A program made the position numbers and the translations under genes. A stretch of 64,000 nt of DNA. Origin: Candidatus Entotheonellaceae bacterium (GTDB lineage Bacteria > Tectomicrobia > Entotheonellia > Entotheonellales > Entotheonellaceae). Below the pieces are notes generated by a model. The model did no database searches. It was given only the letters and a program-made list of their open reading frames with translations, and was not told the DNA's origin. The stretch spans positions 960,001 through 1,024,000 of the forward strand of contig OZ250173.1 in the NCBI GenBank assembly GCA_965238075.1. The letters run 5' to 3'. Positions 52,839 to 62,698 of the stretch are shown here, one piece after another. Each line of letters starts with the position of its first letter. Positions within the stretch are counted from its first letter, which is position 1.

Positions 52839-53942
52839 TCACTTTCCGAAAGCGTGGCGCTCCGGGGTCCGCTTGAGCGGCAGATTCACGGTCTCGCCCG
52901 ACAACGCCGAGGCATAAATCCCCAGAATGATTTCCACGGACTTGCGCGCTTCGACGCCGTCGACGAGCAGCGGCGCCTTGCCCCTCAGATGGCGCACGAA
53001 ATTCTCAAACTGCAACTGGTGCCCCTCGGTGCCGATGGAGGTGGGGCTGCCCGCGCCCCAACGCGAGGTCTTTTGCGACTGTGGCCCCAGTGTGCGGCGA
53101 ATGCGCGCATCAGTGGATTTCTTGTCCACGAAATCCCAGTGCACCAACTCCCCGCCGCGCAGGCACACCGAGCCGCCCGTTCCCACCATGTGAATCTCAT
53201 TGGGCCAGCCCGGCCACACCGCGGTGGAGCCGATGATGGTGCCCAGGGCACCCGACCTGTAACGCACCACCGCCACCGCGGTGTCCTCGACGTCGATGCG
53301 TTTGTGCGCCAAGTTACCCGCCAGGGCGTGCACGGAGCGGATTGGCCCCGCCAGCCACTGTAGCAGGTCGATGGTGTGGATGGACTGATTCATCAAAGCG
53401 CCGCCGCCGTCCAGTTCCCAGGTGCCGCGCCAGGCGCCCGAATCGTAATACGTCTGGCTGCGGTGCCAAGGGATGATGGCATTGCAGACCGTCAGGTTGC
53501 CGAACCGCCCCGCGTCAAGCGCCTTCTTGATGGCTTGCACCGCTGCCCCGGTGCGGCTTTGGAAAATACCGCCCAACAGCACGCCGGCCCGCTTGCAGGC
53601 GCGAATCATCTGCGAACAGCGCTCCAGTGTTATCTCCAACGGCTTTTCGCAGACGACGTGCTTGCCGGCCTTGGCAGCGGCTACCACCGGCTCCAGATGG
53701 ACGCCGGACGGCGTGGCAATGACCACAACGTCAAGATCCGGGTGCTGAAGAAAAGCATCATAGTCGCCAGCATACAACTCGCCGCCGCAGCGCCGAGCCA
53801 GCGCTTTGGCGTTGTTGCCGCCGCTGTTGGAAAAAAGGCAGGCGAGATGCCCGCCGCGCATGTCCTGAATGGCACGGGCATGAAAGTCGGCGATGACACC
53901 GAGGCCGACGACGCCGAAACCAAAACTCCGAGAACTCGCCAT
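52839..53942 (-). CDS. Gfo/Idh/MocA oxidoreductase
   Basis: GVVGLG, CEKPL, GGGALMNQSIHTID. Confidence 0.93.
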   Translation of the reverse strand: MASSRSFGFGVVGLGVIADFHARAIQDMRGGHLACLFSNSGGNNAKALARRCGGELYAGDYDAFLQHPDLDVVVIATPSGVHLEPVVAAAKAGKHVVCEKPLEITLERCSQMIRACKRAGVLLGGIFQSRTGAAVQAIKKALDAGRFGNLTVCNAIIPWHRSQTYYDSGAWRGTWELDGGGALMNQSIHTIDLLQWLAGPIRSVHALAGNLAHKRIDVEDTAVAVVRYRSGALGTIIGSTAVWPGWPNEIHMVGTGGSVCLRGGELVHWDFVDKKSTDARIRRTLGPQSQKTSRWGAGSPTSIGTEGHQLQFENFVRHLRGKAPLLVDGVEARKSVEIILGIYASALSGETVNLPLKRTPERHAFGK

Positions 53943-53981
53943 AGGTAAGGCTCCTCTGCCGATAGCTCCTGAATGCCGCGT

Positions 53982-55265
53982 TTACCCTTGCCGCCGTTCG
54001 ATACGCGCTCCGAGGGCCTGCAGGCGCTTTTCGAGGTGCTCGTAGCCGCGGTCGATCTGGCTGATGTTGTGGATGCTGCTGACGCCGTCGGCCGCCAGCG
54101 CGGCGATGACCAACGCCATGCCGGCGCGAATGTCCGGCGAAATGAGGGGTTCGCCATGCAGGCGGGAGGGGCCAATCACCACGCAGCGATGCGGGTCGCA
54201 CAGCACGATGTTGGCGCCCATTTCGATAAGGCGGTCGACGAACACCAGGCGGCGGTCGAACATCTTCTGGTGAATCAGCACGGTGCCGCGCGCTTGCGTG
54301 GCGACGACCAGGGCGATACTGATCAGATCGGGCGGAAAACCCGGCCACGGCATGTCGTCGATTTTCGGCATGGCGCCGTCAAACTCACTGCGCACGTACA
54401 GATCCTGATCCGCGGGGATGACAATGTCGTCCCCGTCGTCGTGCCACATCGCTCCCAGGCGGGCGAAAACGATGCGGGTCATACGATGCTCGCGCGGGCG
54501 CGCCTGGCGGACACGAAGTTCCGAGCCGGTCATCGCCGCCAGCGCAATCAGGGAACCGACTTCCATGTAATCGGGCCCGATGGCGTACGTCGTCCCCCGC
54601 AGGTTGCCGACGCCGCGAATCACCAGGCTGTTGCTGCCGATGCCCTCGATGTCGGCGCCCATGGCGTTCAGGCAATGACACACGTCCTGCACGTGCGGCT
54701 CGCAGGCGGCGTTGCCCAGGAGCGTGGTGCCCTCGGCGAGCACCGCGGCCAGGAGCGCCTGCTCGGTGCCGGTGACGCTCATTTCGTCCAGAAAAATGTC
54801 GGCGCCGCGCAGCCGCTTGGCCTTCAGGATGAAGCGGTCCGTGGTGACCTCGATATCGGCGCCCAAGGCTTGCAGGGCGAGCAGGTGGGTATCGAGACGC
54901 CGCCGCCCGATGCGGTCGCCGCCCGGTCGCCCGATGGTCACAAAACCGCGCCGTGCCAGCAGCGGACCGGCGAACAATGGCGCCGTGCGGATCTGGCGGC
55001 ACAGGTCGAGGTCGGGCTGGTTATCGCCTACGGTGCAGGCCTGGAGGATGCAGTGCCCGTCGGAACTCAGGTGCGTATCGACCCCCAGGCGGTTGAGAAG
55101 GGTGATCTTGGTGCGGACATCGCCAATGTTGGGGACATTGTTCAGGTGCAGCGGCTCGTGAGTCAGCAGGCTAGCCGCCATCAGGGGAAGGGCGGCATTC
55201 TTGTTCCCCGCAGGGGTGATGGTGCCCCCGAGCCGATGCCCGCCCTCGATGTGGAAGTATTCCAT
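53982..55265 (-). CDS. murA: UDP-N-acetylglucosamine 1-carboxyvinyltransferase
   Basis: GNKNAALP, PGGDRIGRR, PWPGFPPDL, PDIRAG, IDRGYE. Confidence 0.95.
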   Translation of the reverse strand: MEYFHIEGGHRLGGTITPAGNKNAALPLMAASLLTHEPLHLNNVPNIGDVRTKITLLNRLGVDTHLSSDGHCILQACTVGDNQPDLDLCRQIRTAPLFAGPLLARRGFVTIGRPGGDRIGRRRLDTHLLALQALGADIEVTTDRFILKAKRLRGADIFLDEMSVTGTEQALLAAVLAEGTTLLGNAACEPHVQDVCHCLNAMGADIEGIGSNSLVIRGVGNLRGTTYAIGPDYMEVGSLIALAAMTGSELRVRQARPREHRMTRIVFARLGAMWHDDGDDIVIPADQDLYVRSEFDGAMPKIDDMPWPGFPPDLISIALVVATQARGTVLIHQKMFDRRLVFVDRLIEMGANIVLCDPHRCVVIGPSRLHGEPLISPDIRAGMALVIAALAADGVSSIHNISQIDRGYEHLEKRLQALGARIERRQG

Positions 55266-55379
55266 GGCGTTCCTGTCGGCCTGCCGCCGACCACGGGGTG
55301 AAGGGGTTGGATTACGGATTTTGCGGGGCGCCGGCCCGGATCGGCGGATGCTAACCGTTTTGTAGCCGGCGCCTGTTCA

Positions 55380-58300
55380 CTATTGGGAAAGGACGTCGAC
55401 TCGCTGGCCCAGGGTGTCGATTTGTCCCTGCATGACGTTGATGCGCTGGAGCTGGGCCATTTCCTCGGCCTGCAGCGTTTCGTTACTAGCGGCAAAGGTC
55501 GCGGCCTGCTGGCTCAGGCCGTCGATCTGCTGCGCCAAGGCGGCCAGTCTAGCGCTCTGGGCGTCTTCCTCAGTGGTCAGCCGTTCGGCGGCCTCGGCCA
55601 ACCGCTGTGACACGGCGGCCACGGACTCCGTGCTGGCAAAGGAAGCGGTCTGCTGGCTCAGGGTGTCGATTTGTCCCTGCATGACGTTGATGCGCTGGAG
55701 CTGGGCCATTTCCTCGGCCTGCAGCGTTTCGTTATTAGCGGCAAAGGTCGCGGCCTGCTGGCTCAGGCCGTCGATCTGCTGCGCCAAGGCGGCCAGTCTA
55801 GCGCTCTGGGCGTCTTCCTCAGTGGTCAGCCGTTCGGCGGCCTCGGCCAACCGCTGTGACACGGCGGCCACGGACTCCGTGCTGGCAAAGGAAGCGGTCT
55901 GCTGGCTCAGGGTGTCGATTTGTCCCTGCATGACGTTGATGCGCTGGAGCTGGGCCGTTTCCTCAGCCTGCAGCGTTTCGTTATTAGCGGCAAAGGTCGC
56001 GGCCTGCTGGCCCAGGCCGTCGATCTGCTGCGCCAAGGCGGCCAGTCTAGCGCTCTGGGCGTCTTCCTCAGTGGTCAGCCGTTCGGCGGCCTCGGCCAAC
56101 CGCTGTGACACGGCGGCCACGGACTCCGTGCTGGCAAAGGAGCCGATCTGCTGGCTCAGGGTGTCGATTTGTCCCTGCATGACGTTGATGCGCTGGAGCT
56201 GGGCCATTTCCTCGGCCTGCAGCGTTTCGTTATTAACGGCAAAGGTCGCGGCCTGCTGGCTCAGGCCGTCGATCTGCTGCGCCAAGGCGGCCAGTCTAGC
56301 GCTCTGGGCGTCTTCCTCAGTGGTCAGCCGTTCGGCGGCCTCGGCCAACCGCTGTGACACGGCGGCCACGGACTCCGTGCTGGCAAAGGAGCCGATCTGC
56401 TGGCTCAGGGTGTCGATTTGTCCCTGCATGACGTTGATGCGCTGGAGCTGGGCCATTTCCTCGGCCTGCAGCGTTTCGTTATTAGCGGCAAAGGTCGCGG
56501 CCTGCTGGCCCAGGTCGTCGATCTGCTGCGCCAAGGCGGCCAGTCTAGCGCCCTGGGCGTCTTCCTCAGTGGTCAGCCGTTCGGCGGCCTCGGCCAACCG
56601 CTGTGACACGGCGGCCACGGACTCCGTGCTGGCAAAGGAAGCGGTCTGCTGGCTCAGGGTGTCGATTTGTCCCTGCATGACGTTGATGCGCTGGAGCTGG
56701 GCCATTTCCTCGGCCTGCAGCGTTTCGTTATTAGCGGCAAAGGTTGCAGCCTGTTGGCTCAGGTCGTCGATCTGCTGCGCCACGTCGGCCAGTTGGGCGT
56801 CCTGGTCGGCTTCATCTTCGGCAGTCGCAAAGGTTCCCATCTGCGCTTCCAGAGCGGCCAGATCGTCACGGGCGGCAAAGGTCCCCAACTGGGCTGCCAG
56901 GGCATCCAGGTCTTCCATACTCGCCTCATCGGCGCTGGCGAATTCGTCGGCTCGACCGCTCAGGGAAACAAGCTGCTCCTGAATATCGGCAATCTGCTTG
57001 CCCCGGGCGGCTTCCTCGGCCTGCAGCGTTTCGTTATTAGCGGCAAAGGTTGCAGCCTGCTGGCTCAGGTCGTCGATCTGCTGCGCCACGTCAGCCAGTT
57101 GGGCGTCCTGGTCGGCTTCATCTTCGGCAGTCGCAAAGGTTCCCATCTGCGTTTCCAGAGCGGCCAGATCGTCACGGGCGGCAAAGGTCCCCAACTGGGC
57201 TGCCAGGGCATCCAGGTCTTCCATACTCGCCTCATCGGCGCTAGCGAATTCGTCGGCTCGACCGCTCAGGGAAACAAGCTGCTCCTGAATATCGGCAATC
57301 TGCTTGCCCTGGGCGGCTTCCTCGGCCTGCAGCGTTTCGTTATTAGCGGCAAAGGTTGCAGCCTGCTGGCTCAGGCCGTCGATCTGCTGCGCCACGTCGG
57401 CCAGTTGGGCGTCCTGGTCGGCTTCATCTTCGGCAGTCGCAAAGGTTCCCATCTGCGCTTCCAGAGCGGCCAGATCGTCACGGGCGGCAAAGGTCCCCAA
57501 CTGGGCTGCCAGGGCATCCAGGTCTTCCATACTCGCCTCATCGGCGCTGGCGAATTCGTCGGCTCGACCGCTCAGGGAAACAAGCTGCTCCTGAATATCG
57601 GCAATCTGCTTGCCCCGGGCGGCTTCCTCGGCCTGCAGCGTTTCGTTATTAGCGGCAAAGGTTGCAGCCTGCTGGCTCAGGTCGTCGATCTGCTGCGCCA
57701 CGTCGGCCAGTTGGGCGTCCTGGTCGGCTTCATCTTCGGCAGTCGCAAAGGTTCCCATCTGCGTTTCCAGAGCGGCCAGATCGTCACGGGCGGCAAAGGT
57801 CCCCAACTGGGCTGCCAGGGCATCCAGGTCTTCCATACTCGCCTCATCGGCGCTGGCGAATTCGTCGGCTCGCCCGCTCAGGGAAACGAGCTGCTCCTGA
57901 ATATCGGCAATCTGCTTGCCCTGGGCGGCTTCCTCGGCCTGCAGCGTTTCGTTATTAGCGGCAAAGGCTGCAGCCTGTTGGCTCAGGCCGTCGATCTGCT
58001 GCGCCACGTCGGCCAGTTGGGCGTCCTGGTCGGCTTCATCTTCGGCCGATGCAAAGGCCCCCATCTGGGATTCCAAGGCGGCCAAGTCGTCATGGGTAGC
58101 AAAGGTATCCAACTGGGCTGCCAGCGCATCCAGGTCTTCCACACTCGCGTCATCGGCGCTGGCGAATTCGTCGGCTCGCCCGCTCAGGGAAACAAGCTGC
58201 TCCTGAATATCGGCAATCTGCTTGCCCTGGGCGGCTTCGTCAGCCTGTGCCGCTTCATCATTGGCGGTAATGGTCGCGGCCTGCTGATTGAGGCCCTCGA

Positions 58301-58622
58301 TCTGCTGCGTCAGAACGGCCACCTGCTGACTCAGACGCCCCTCGAGGCCGGCGAGCTTGTCGGCCTGCTCGGTCACGCTTGCCGCCGTCGCCAGGCCGGC
58401 CACCTGCTCGCTGGTGGCGGCTTTTCTGAAGCCGTCCGACAGTTCCGCCATACGCACCTGATTCGCGTCCATGCTGGAAGCGTTCTGACTGAAGCGCCGC
58501 TCGATCGTAATGACGTAGATAGCCAGGAAAACCACAATGGCAACGAGAGCCAACGAGACGGCCCGATTGAACATCGGTTCCAAGAAGGACGACAACTGCG
58601 AACTACCTTTCTCCTGCGTCAT
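55380..58622 (-). CDS. Large membrane-anchored acidic coiled-coil tandem-repeat protein
   Basis: N-terminal TM (AVSLALVAIVVFLAIYVITI), then about 5 x 102-aa and about 5 x 83-aa repeats rich in A/Q/E/D; RBS AGGAG before ATG 58622 (alternative ATG 58643). Confidence 0.85.
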   Translation of the reverse strand: MTQEKGSSQLSSFLEPMFNRAVSLALVAIVVFLAIYVITIERRFSQNASSMDANQVRMAELSDGFRKAATSEQVAGLATAASVTEQADKLAGLEGRLSQQVAVLTQQIEGLNQQAATITANDEAAQADEAAQGKQIADIQEQLVSLSGRADEFASADDASVEDLDALAAQLDTFATHDDLAALESQMGAFASAEDEADQDAQLADVAQQIDGLSQQAAAFAANNETLQAEEAAQGKQIADIQEQLVSLSGRADEFASADEASMEDLDALAAQLGTFAARDDLAALETQMGTFATAEDEADQDAQLADVAQQIDDLSQQAATFAANNETLQAEEAARGKQIADIQEQLVSLSGRADEFASADEASMEDLDALAAQLGTFAARDDLAALEAQMGTFATAEDEADQDAQLADVAQQIDGLSQQAATFAANNETLQAEEAAQGKQIADIQEQLVSLSGRADEFASADEASMEDLDALAAQLGTFAARDDLAALETQMGTFATAEDEADQDAQLADVAQQIDDLSQQAATFAANNETLQAEEAARGKQIADIQEQLVSLSGRADEFASADEASMEDLDALAAQLGTFAARDDLAALEAQMGTFATAEDEADQDAQLADVAQQIDDLSQQAATFAANNETLQAEEMAQLQRINVMQGQIDTLSQQTASFASTESVAAVSQRLAEAAERLTTEEDAQGARLAALAQQIDDLGQQAATFAANNETLQAEEMAQLQRINVMQGQIDTLSQQIGSFASTESVAAVSQRLAEAAERLTTEEDAQSARLAALAQQIDGLSQQAATFAVNNETLQAEEMAQLQRINVMQGQIDTLSQQIGSFASTESVAAVSQRLAEAAERLTTEEDAQSARLAALAQQIDGLGQQAATFAANNETLQAEETAQLQRINVMQGQIDTLSQQTASFASTESVAAVSQRLAEAAERLTTEEDAQSARLAALAQQIDGLSQQAATFAANNETLQAEEMAQLQRINVMQGQIDTLSQQTASFASTESVAAVSQRLAEAAERLTTEEDAQSARLAALAQQIDGLSQQAATFAASNETLQAEEMAQLQRINVMQGQIDTLGQRVDVLSQ
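55405..56710. repeat. Tandem array, 249-bp unit, about 5.3 copies
   Basis: Unit recurs at 55422, 55671, 55920, 56169, 56418, 56667 with few substitutions. Confidence 0.95.
56705..58240. repeat. Tandem array, 306-bp unit, 5 copies
   Basis: Unit recurs at 56998, 57304, 57610, 57916, 58222; the N-terminal-most copy is the most diverged. Confidence 0.95.
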
Positions 58623-58770
58623 ATCTGTTCTCCTTTGCGCCATGAAGCGTGAGAATCGCCGTCGTTTCGTCGCGGCGGGAAAGACCGCCGCACCGCCGGG
58701 ATGACGGCCATCAGAATTACCAGGAAAGCCAGAGCCGTAAAGAAGGTGCGCATGCCGGTCCGGGGCTCCC

Positions 58771-59904
58771 CTAGTTGAGGTTCAGGCAGCCGAGCTTTTC
58801 ATACGTGCCGTTGACGATCGGCTTGGCCTCGACCGCCATCCAGTCTTCCAGAATCTCCGTGTATACGGAGCGGAAATCGAGGTTGAAGGCTAAGTCGCCC
58901 TCGACCAGCTTGTCGTCGTCGAGGGAAGGATACTCGCCGTAGTGCCCGCCCTTGACGCGGTCGCCGATGAGGAACGCCACGCCGCCGGAACCATGGTCGG
59001 TGCCATTGCCGTTGTCTTTCACCCGGCGGCCGAACTCCGAGAACACGAAGATCAGCACGTCGTCGCTGGCGTCGTGCGTTTTCAGATCGGTGTACAGGTC
59101 GCGAATGCCACCCGCTACGTCGTCCCACAGCTTGGCTTGCAGCGCCACCTCGTTGGTGTGCGAGTCGAAGCTGCCGTGCTGCGTGTAGCAAATGCGCGTG
59201 CCGACATCGGCCAGCAGCACCTGCGCGGCGCCCTTGGCGCTCCGGGCGAAGGGGTTGCTGCCGTATTCAACCGTCGAAGCGTATTTCTGCGGCACGGAAC
59301 CGAGGATGTCGGCGCCGCGCAGGGCGTCCAGGCCGGTTTTGCTCAGGTAATCCGTCACCGGCCCGCTGCCGAGCGCGCGGCTGTACATGTCGCGGAAGGC
59401 TTCCAGCGCCTGTGAGCGTTGCGGCGCTGTGTCGATGTGATTGAGCAGTCCGTAGCTCTCCAGATGAGTCACCGAGGCCACCGGCGCGCCCAGGGTGACC
59501 AGCGCCCGCGGCAGCGCGGCGGCGAAGTTCACGGCGATGACGACATTATCGCCGTCCGGCGTCATGTCCTTGATCGCCTGCCCCAGCCAGCCCTTGTCGC
59601 CCACCTTGGTCGGCTCGGCGGTGTGCCAGATATCCATGGAGCGGAAGTGCGACCGGCTGGGCTGCGGATAACCGACGCCGTGGAGTATCGCCACCTTGCC
59701 CGCGTCGTACAGGTCCTTGATGGGCTGCATGGCGGGGTTGAGGCCGTAGCCGTTGTCGAGCGGGATGATCTGATCTTCCGACAGGCGGACGTTCGGCCGG
59801 TTGTCGATGTAGCGCGGATTCGCGTACGGTACGACGCAGTTGAGGTAATCATTGCCGCCGGAGAGTTGCACAACCACCAGCTTGCGGTTCTTTTCGTCAC
59901 CCAT
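58771..59904 (-). CDS. DUF1501 family protein
   Basis: LVVVQLSGGND, RSHFRSMDIW, FDSH, SEFGRR, GTDHG, DFRSVY. Confidence 0.92.
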   Translation of the reverse strand: MGDEKNRKLVVVQLSGGNDYLNCVVPYANPRYIDNRPNVRLSEDQIIPLDNGYGLNPAMQPIKDLYDAGKVAILHGVGYPQPSRSHFRSMDIWHTAEPTKVGDKGWLGQAIKDMTPDGDNVVIAVNFAAALPRALVTLGAPVASVTHLESYGLLNHIDTAPQRSQALEAFRDMYSRALGSGPVTDYLSKTGLDALRGADILGSVPQKYASTVEYGSNPFARSAKGAAQVLLADVGTRICYTQHGSFDSHTNEVALQAKLWDDVAGGIRDLYTDLKTHDASDDVLIFVFSEFGRRVKDNGNGTDHGSGGVAFLIGDRVKGGHYGEYPSLDDDKLVEGDLAFNLDFRSVYTEILEDWMAVEAKPIVNGTYEKLGCLNLN

Positions 59905-59983
59905 GATGGCCTTCCTTCTTGATCGTTTCAATCCTCGCCGGCCCGTTAAGACCGGTGCTCCGTGATCGCGAAATGTTGCTGCC

Positions 59984-60991
59984 TCACACCTTTTCGTAGA
60001 CCTGGAAGCGATGCCGGCTGGTCTCCAGGACGTAAACGCGCTCGTCGTCATCCAGCACGACGTCGACCGGGTCCCAGAAGTACGGTTCGATACGCGCCGA
60101 CACCTCGCTGGCATCATTGGTATCGACGTCGAACACCGGCACGAACGTGGCGCGCGCCGCCAACTCGTCGGCGTTGGCGTTGAGGTATTCCTGTGCCCAC
60201 GGCGACAGCTTGCCCTCGCCCCTGAGTTGCAACAGGTTGTTGCCGGCGGCATCGAGCACCTGCACCCGCTGGTTGCCCCAGTCGGCGACGTAGAGATTGC
60301 CATCGGCGTCCACGGCCAGGCCGGAGGGCCGGTGAAACTGCCCGTCACCGTCACCCGGCGTGCCGAACTTGGCCACGAACTCGCCGTCCGGCGTGAACTT
60401 CTGGATGCGGTCGTTGCGCCAATCGGCCACGTACAGGAAGCCCTCGCGGTCCTGCGTGATACCCCACGGCAGGTTCAATTGCCCGTCACCGCCGCCGTAG
60501 GCGCCCCAGGTGCCGAGGCTCTGCCCGTCCCGGGTGAATTTCTGGATGCGATGGTTGCGGTGATCCACCATCAACAGGTTGTCATCGGCGTCAAACAGTA
60601 GGCCGGAGGGCCCGTCGAACTCGCCGACGGCGCTGCCCTTGGTGCCCCAAGTGTCTTGCACGGCGCCGTCGCGGTCGTACACCGTGACCCGTTGCAGGTA
60701 ATCGTCGGCAAGATATAGATGGTCGTTGCGGTCCAGCGCCAGGGCGGTCGGCCAGATCATGTTGCCCGGCTGCTGGCCGTAGGCGCCGATTTGCCCGAAG
60801 AATTCGTGCCCCAGGCTGACCATCTGAATCCCGACGATGTCCAGCGCCTGTGTGTTGCTGCGGCTGACCACGAAGATGCGGCCGTCGCCGCGAATGACCA
60901 TCGACATCGGCAAATGAAAGCCGCGCCCGCCCTGATCAGCGACGAAGCCGATGGTCTCGGTGCATTGCAGTCGAAACGTTGCGGTTGTCAT
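59984..60991 (-). CDS. NHL-repeat beta-propeller protein
   Basis: Repeated G.G.G.F..P.G....G.LYVADW.N.R.Q units. Confidence 0.92.
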   Translation of the reverse strand: MTTATFRLQCTETIGFVADQGGRGFHLPMSMVIRGDGRIFVVSRSNTQALDIVGIQMVSLGHEFFGQIGAYGQQPGNMIWPTALALDRNDHLYLADDYLQRVTVYDRDGAVQDTWGTKGSAVGEFDGPSGLLFDADDNLLMVDHRNHRIQKFTRDGQSLGTWGAYGGGDGQLNLPWGITQDREGFLYVADWRNDRIQKFTPDGEFVAKFGTPGDGDGQFHRPSGLAVDADGNLYVADWGNQRVQVLDAAGNNLLQLRGEGKLSPWAQEYLNANADELAARATFVPVFDVDTNDASEVSARIEPYFWDPVDVVLDDDERVYVLETSRHRFQVYEKV

Positions 60992-61054
60992 GCCCTGTGT
61001 GCTCCCTGGCCTAAAGCGATAGGTCGGATTCGCGGCGCGCAATCCGGCATTCCA

Positions 61055-62509
61055 CTACACCATCTGGTATTCCTGCGTGGTAACGATCAACTGCAGCAGC
61101 GCCACGATGGTGCGCTCCGCCTCGGCGGTCGCCGCGGCGTCGGCGAAACTGACGTCGCCCCAGGAGCGGGCGTAGTTGACGAGCCCGTCGCGGGTACTGT
61201 CCGGCACCTCCAGCGGGCCGACGATGTGCAGACAGGCGTCGACCAGTTCCTCGCCCGACATGCCGCGACCATTGGCGAGGTCGCGAATGCGTCCGATCAT
61301 GGCCCGCATGCCCGGCTTATTCGGATCGCTGAGGATGCGGCTGGCGAAATTGACCCGCTGCACATAGGCGCCGGTGTTGATCCACTCGCTGCCGCCCTGC
61401 CAGCCCTCGACGCTGGGCGGGTTCATCGGGGACTGCCCCATGGCGGCGCACGCCCCGACGGCGGCGTACGTATCGGTCGACGGCAATTCCAGGCCGCCGG
61501 CCATGCGCAGGGTGCCGACCACCATCTCCACCGGGCTCTTGATGCGGGCGAAGCGCGACGCCGCCGACTTGAAGAAGTCGGCGTTGAACAGGACCCGCAG
61601 CATGGCGGAGATCGCGTAATCGGAAGCGAAATAGGCTTGGCACATCAGGTCGATGGCCTGCGGATCGCGCGGCGCGGTGTGCGGCCATTGCGGCACGGGC
61701 ACCTCGTCGGCGACGAAGAAGTGGTACAGATGGCGGGCGATAAAGCGCGGCGTGGCTTCCTGCCGGCAGATGATGGCGATCGCGTCCTCGCCATTGAAAT
61801 CCCCTGCCTCGCCGAGGAATGTCTTGTCGCCGTGGTCGTGGTCCGTGTCGTCATATTCGAACTGCCAGGCGATATAGCCGTAGGGCCGCGCGGTGTTGTT
61901 GCGCATTTTGATGGACATGTAATCGGGGTTGACCACCCGCCAGCCGGTGAAGGCGCGGGCGCATTCCTTGATGTCGTCCTCGGTGTAATTGCCCACGCCC
62001 ATCGAGAACAGTTCCAGAATTTCCCGCCCGTAGTTCTCGTTGATCGAGTCCTTGTGGTTGTCCTGGTTGTCCAGCCACATCATCATGGCGGGGTCGCGCG
62101 ACAGCCGCAGCAGCAATTCCTGGAAGCTGCCCAGGCCGTGGTTGCGGAACATGTCGAGCTGGCTCGCCACCATGCGCGCCTGGATGAGCTTGGTGGCGGC
62201 GGTGGCAAAGACGCGGTGCCAGAACAGGCACATCTTTTCGCGCAGCGGCGCCGGCGTTTGCACCATGCGGTAAATCCAGTAAGCGGCGCCGGCGGCATGG
62301 TTGCGCAGGTCGGACTGATCGACATGGTAGCGGCGGATCAGGTCTTCCGGCACGGCGTCCGGCGCCGGCGGGCTCAGCAGCGCCTCTACGGTGGCCTCGT
62401 AACCCTGCTCGAGGCAGTGGTCGAGTTCTTGCAGGGTGGCGCCAAACCCCGCTCGCCTGAGCAGGTGCGCCATCAGCGCGACATCTTGCTTCGAATGCAC
62501 GGTGGGCAT
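61055..62509 (-). CDS. DUF1800 family protein
   Basis: HLLRRAGFG, LREKMCLFWH, NENYGREILELFSMG, PPSVEGW. Confidence 0.92.
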   Translation of the reverse strand: MPTVHSKQDVALMAHLLRRAGFGATLQELDHCLEQGYEATVEALLSPPAPDAVPEDLIRRYHVDQSDLRNHAAGAAYWIYRMVQTPAPLREKMCLFWHRVFATAATKLIQARMVASQLDMFRNHGLGSFQELLLRLSRDPAMMMWLDNQDNHKDSINENYGREILELFSMGVGNYTEDDIKECARAFTGWRVVNPDYMSIKMRNNTARPYGYIAWQFEYDDTDHDHGDKTFLGEAGDFNGEDAIAIICRQEATPRFIARHLYHFFVADEVPVPQWPHTAPRDPQAIDLMCQAYFASDYAISAMLRVLFNADFFKSAASRFARIKSPVEMVVGTLRMAGGLELPSTDTYAAVGACAAMGQSPMNPPSVEGWQGGSEWINTGAYVQRVNFASRILSDPNKPGMRAMIGRIRDLANGRGMSGEELVDACLHIVGPLEVPDSTRDGLVNYARSWGDVSFADAAATAEAERTIVALLQLIVTTQEYQMV

Positions 62510-62698
62510 GCCAGCTTCCTTCTCGAAGGGGGGTCGTCTCAAATCGCTTCTTGGCGTGAGGCGCGAATTATATCAGACAATCCCCGCCCGTGTAGGGGTG
62601 ATTTGCGGCCCTGCGGTGCGCCCGTTGCCCCACCGCAGGTGATGGAGTATCCTACCGCTTTCGCCGCGTCACACCGCACAAATCGGGGAGGAAACAGG

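Noticed and set aside
55405-58240. Tandem arrays as CRISPR
   Set aside because: Units are 249/306 bp, in frame, without unique spacers, and there are no cas genes.
55414-58652. Long plus-strand ORFs (522 aa and 661 aa)
   Set aside because: Antisense shadows of the repeat protein.
59905-60354. N-terminal extension of DUF1501
   Set aside because: It overlaps the NHL gene out of frame; RBS and ATG are at 59904.
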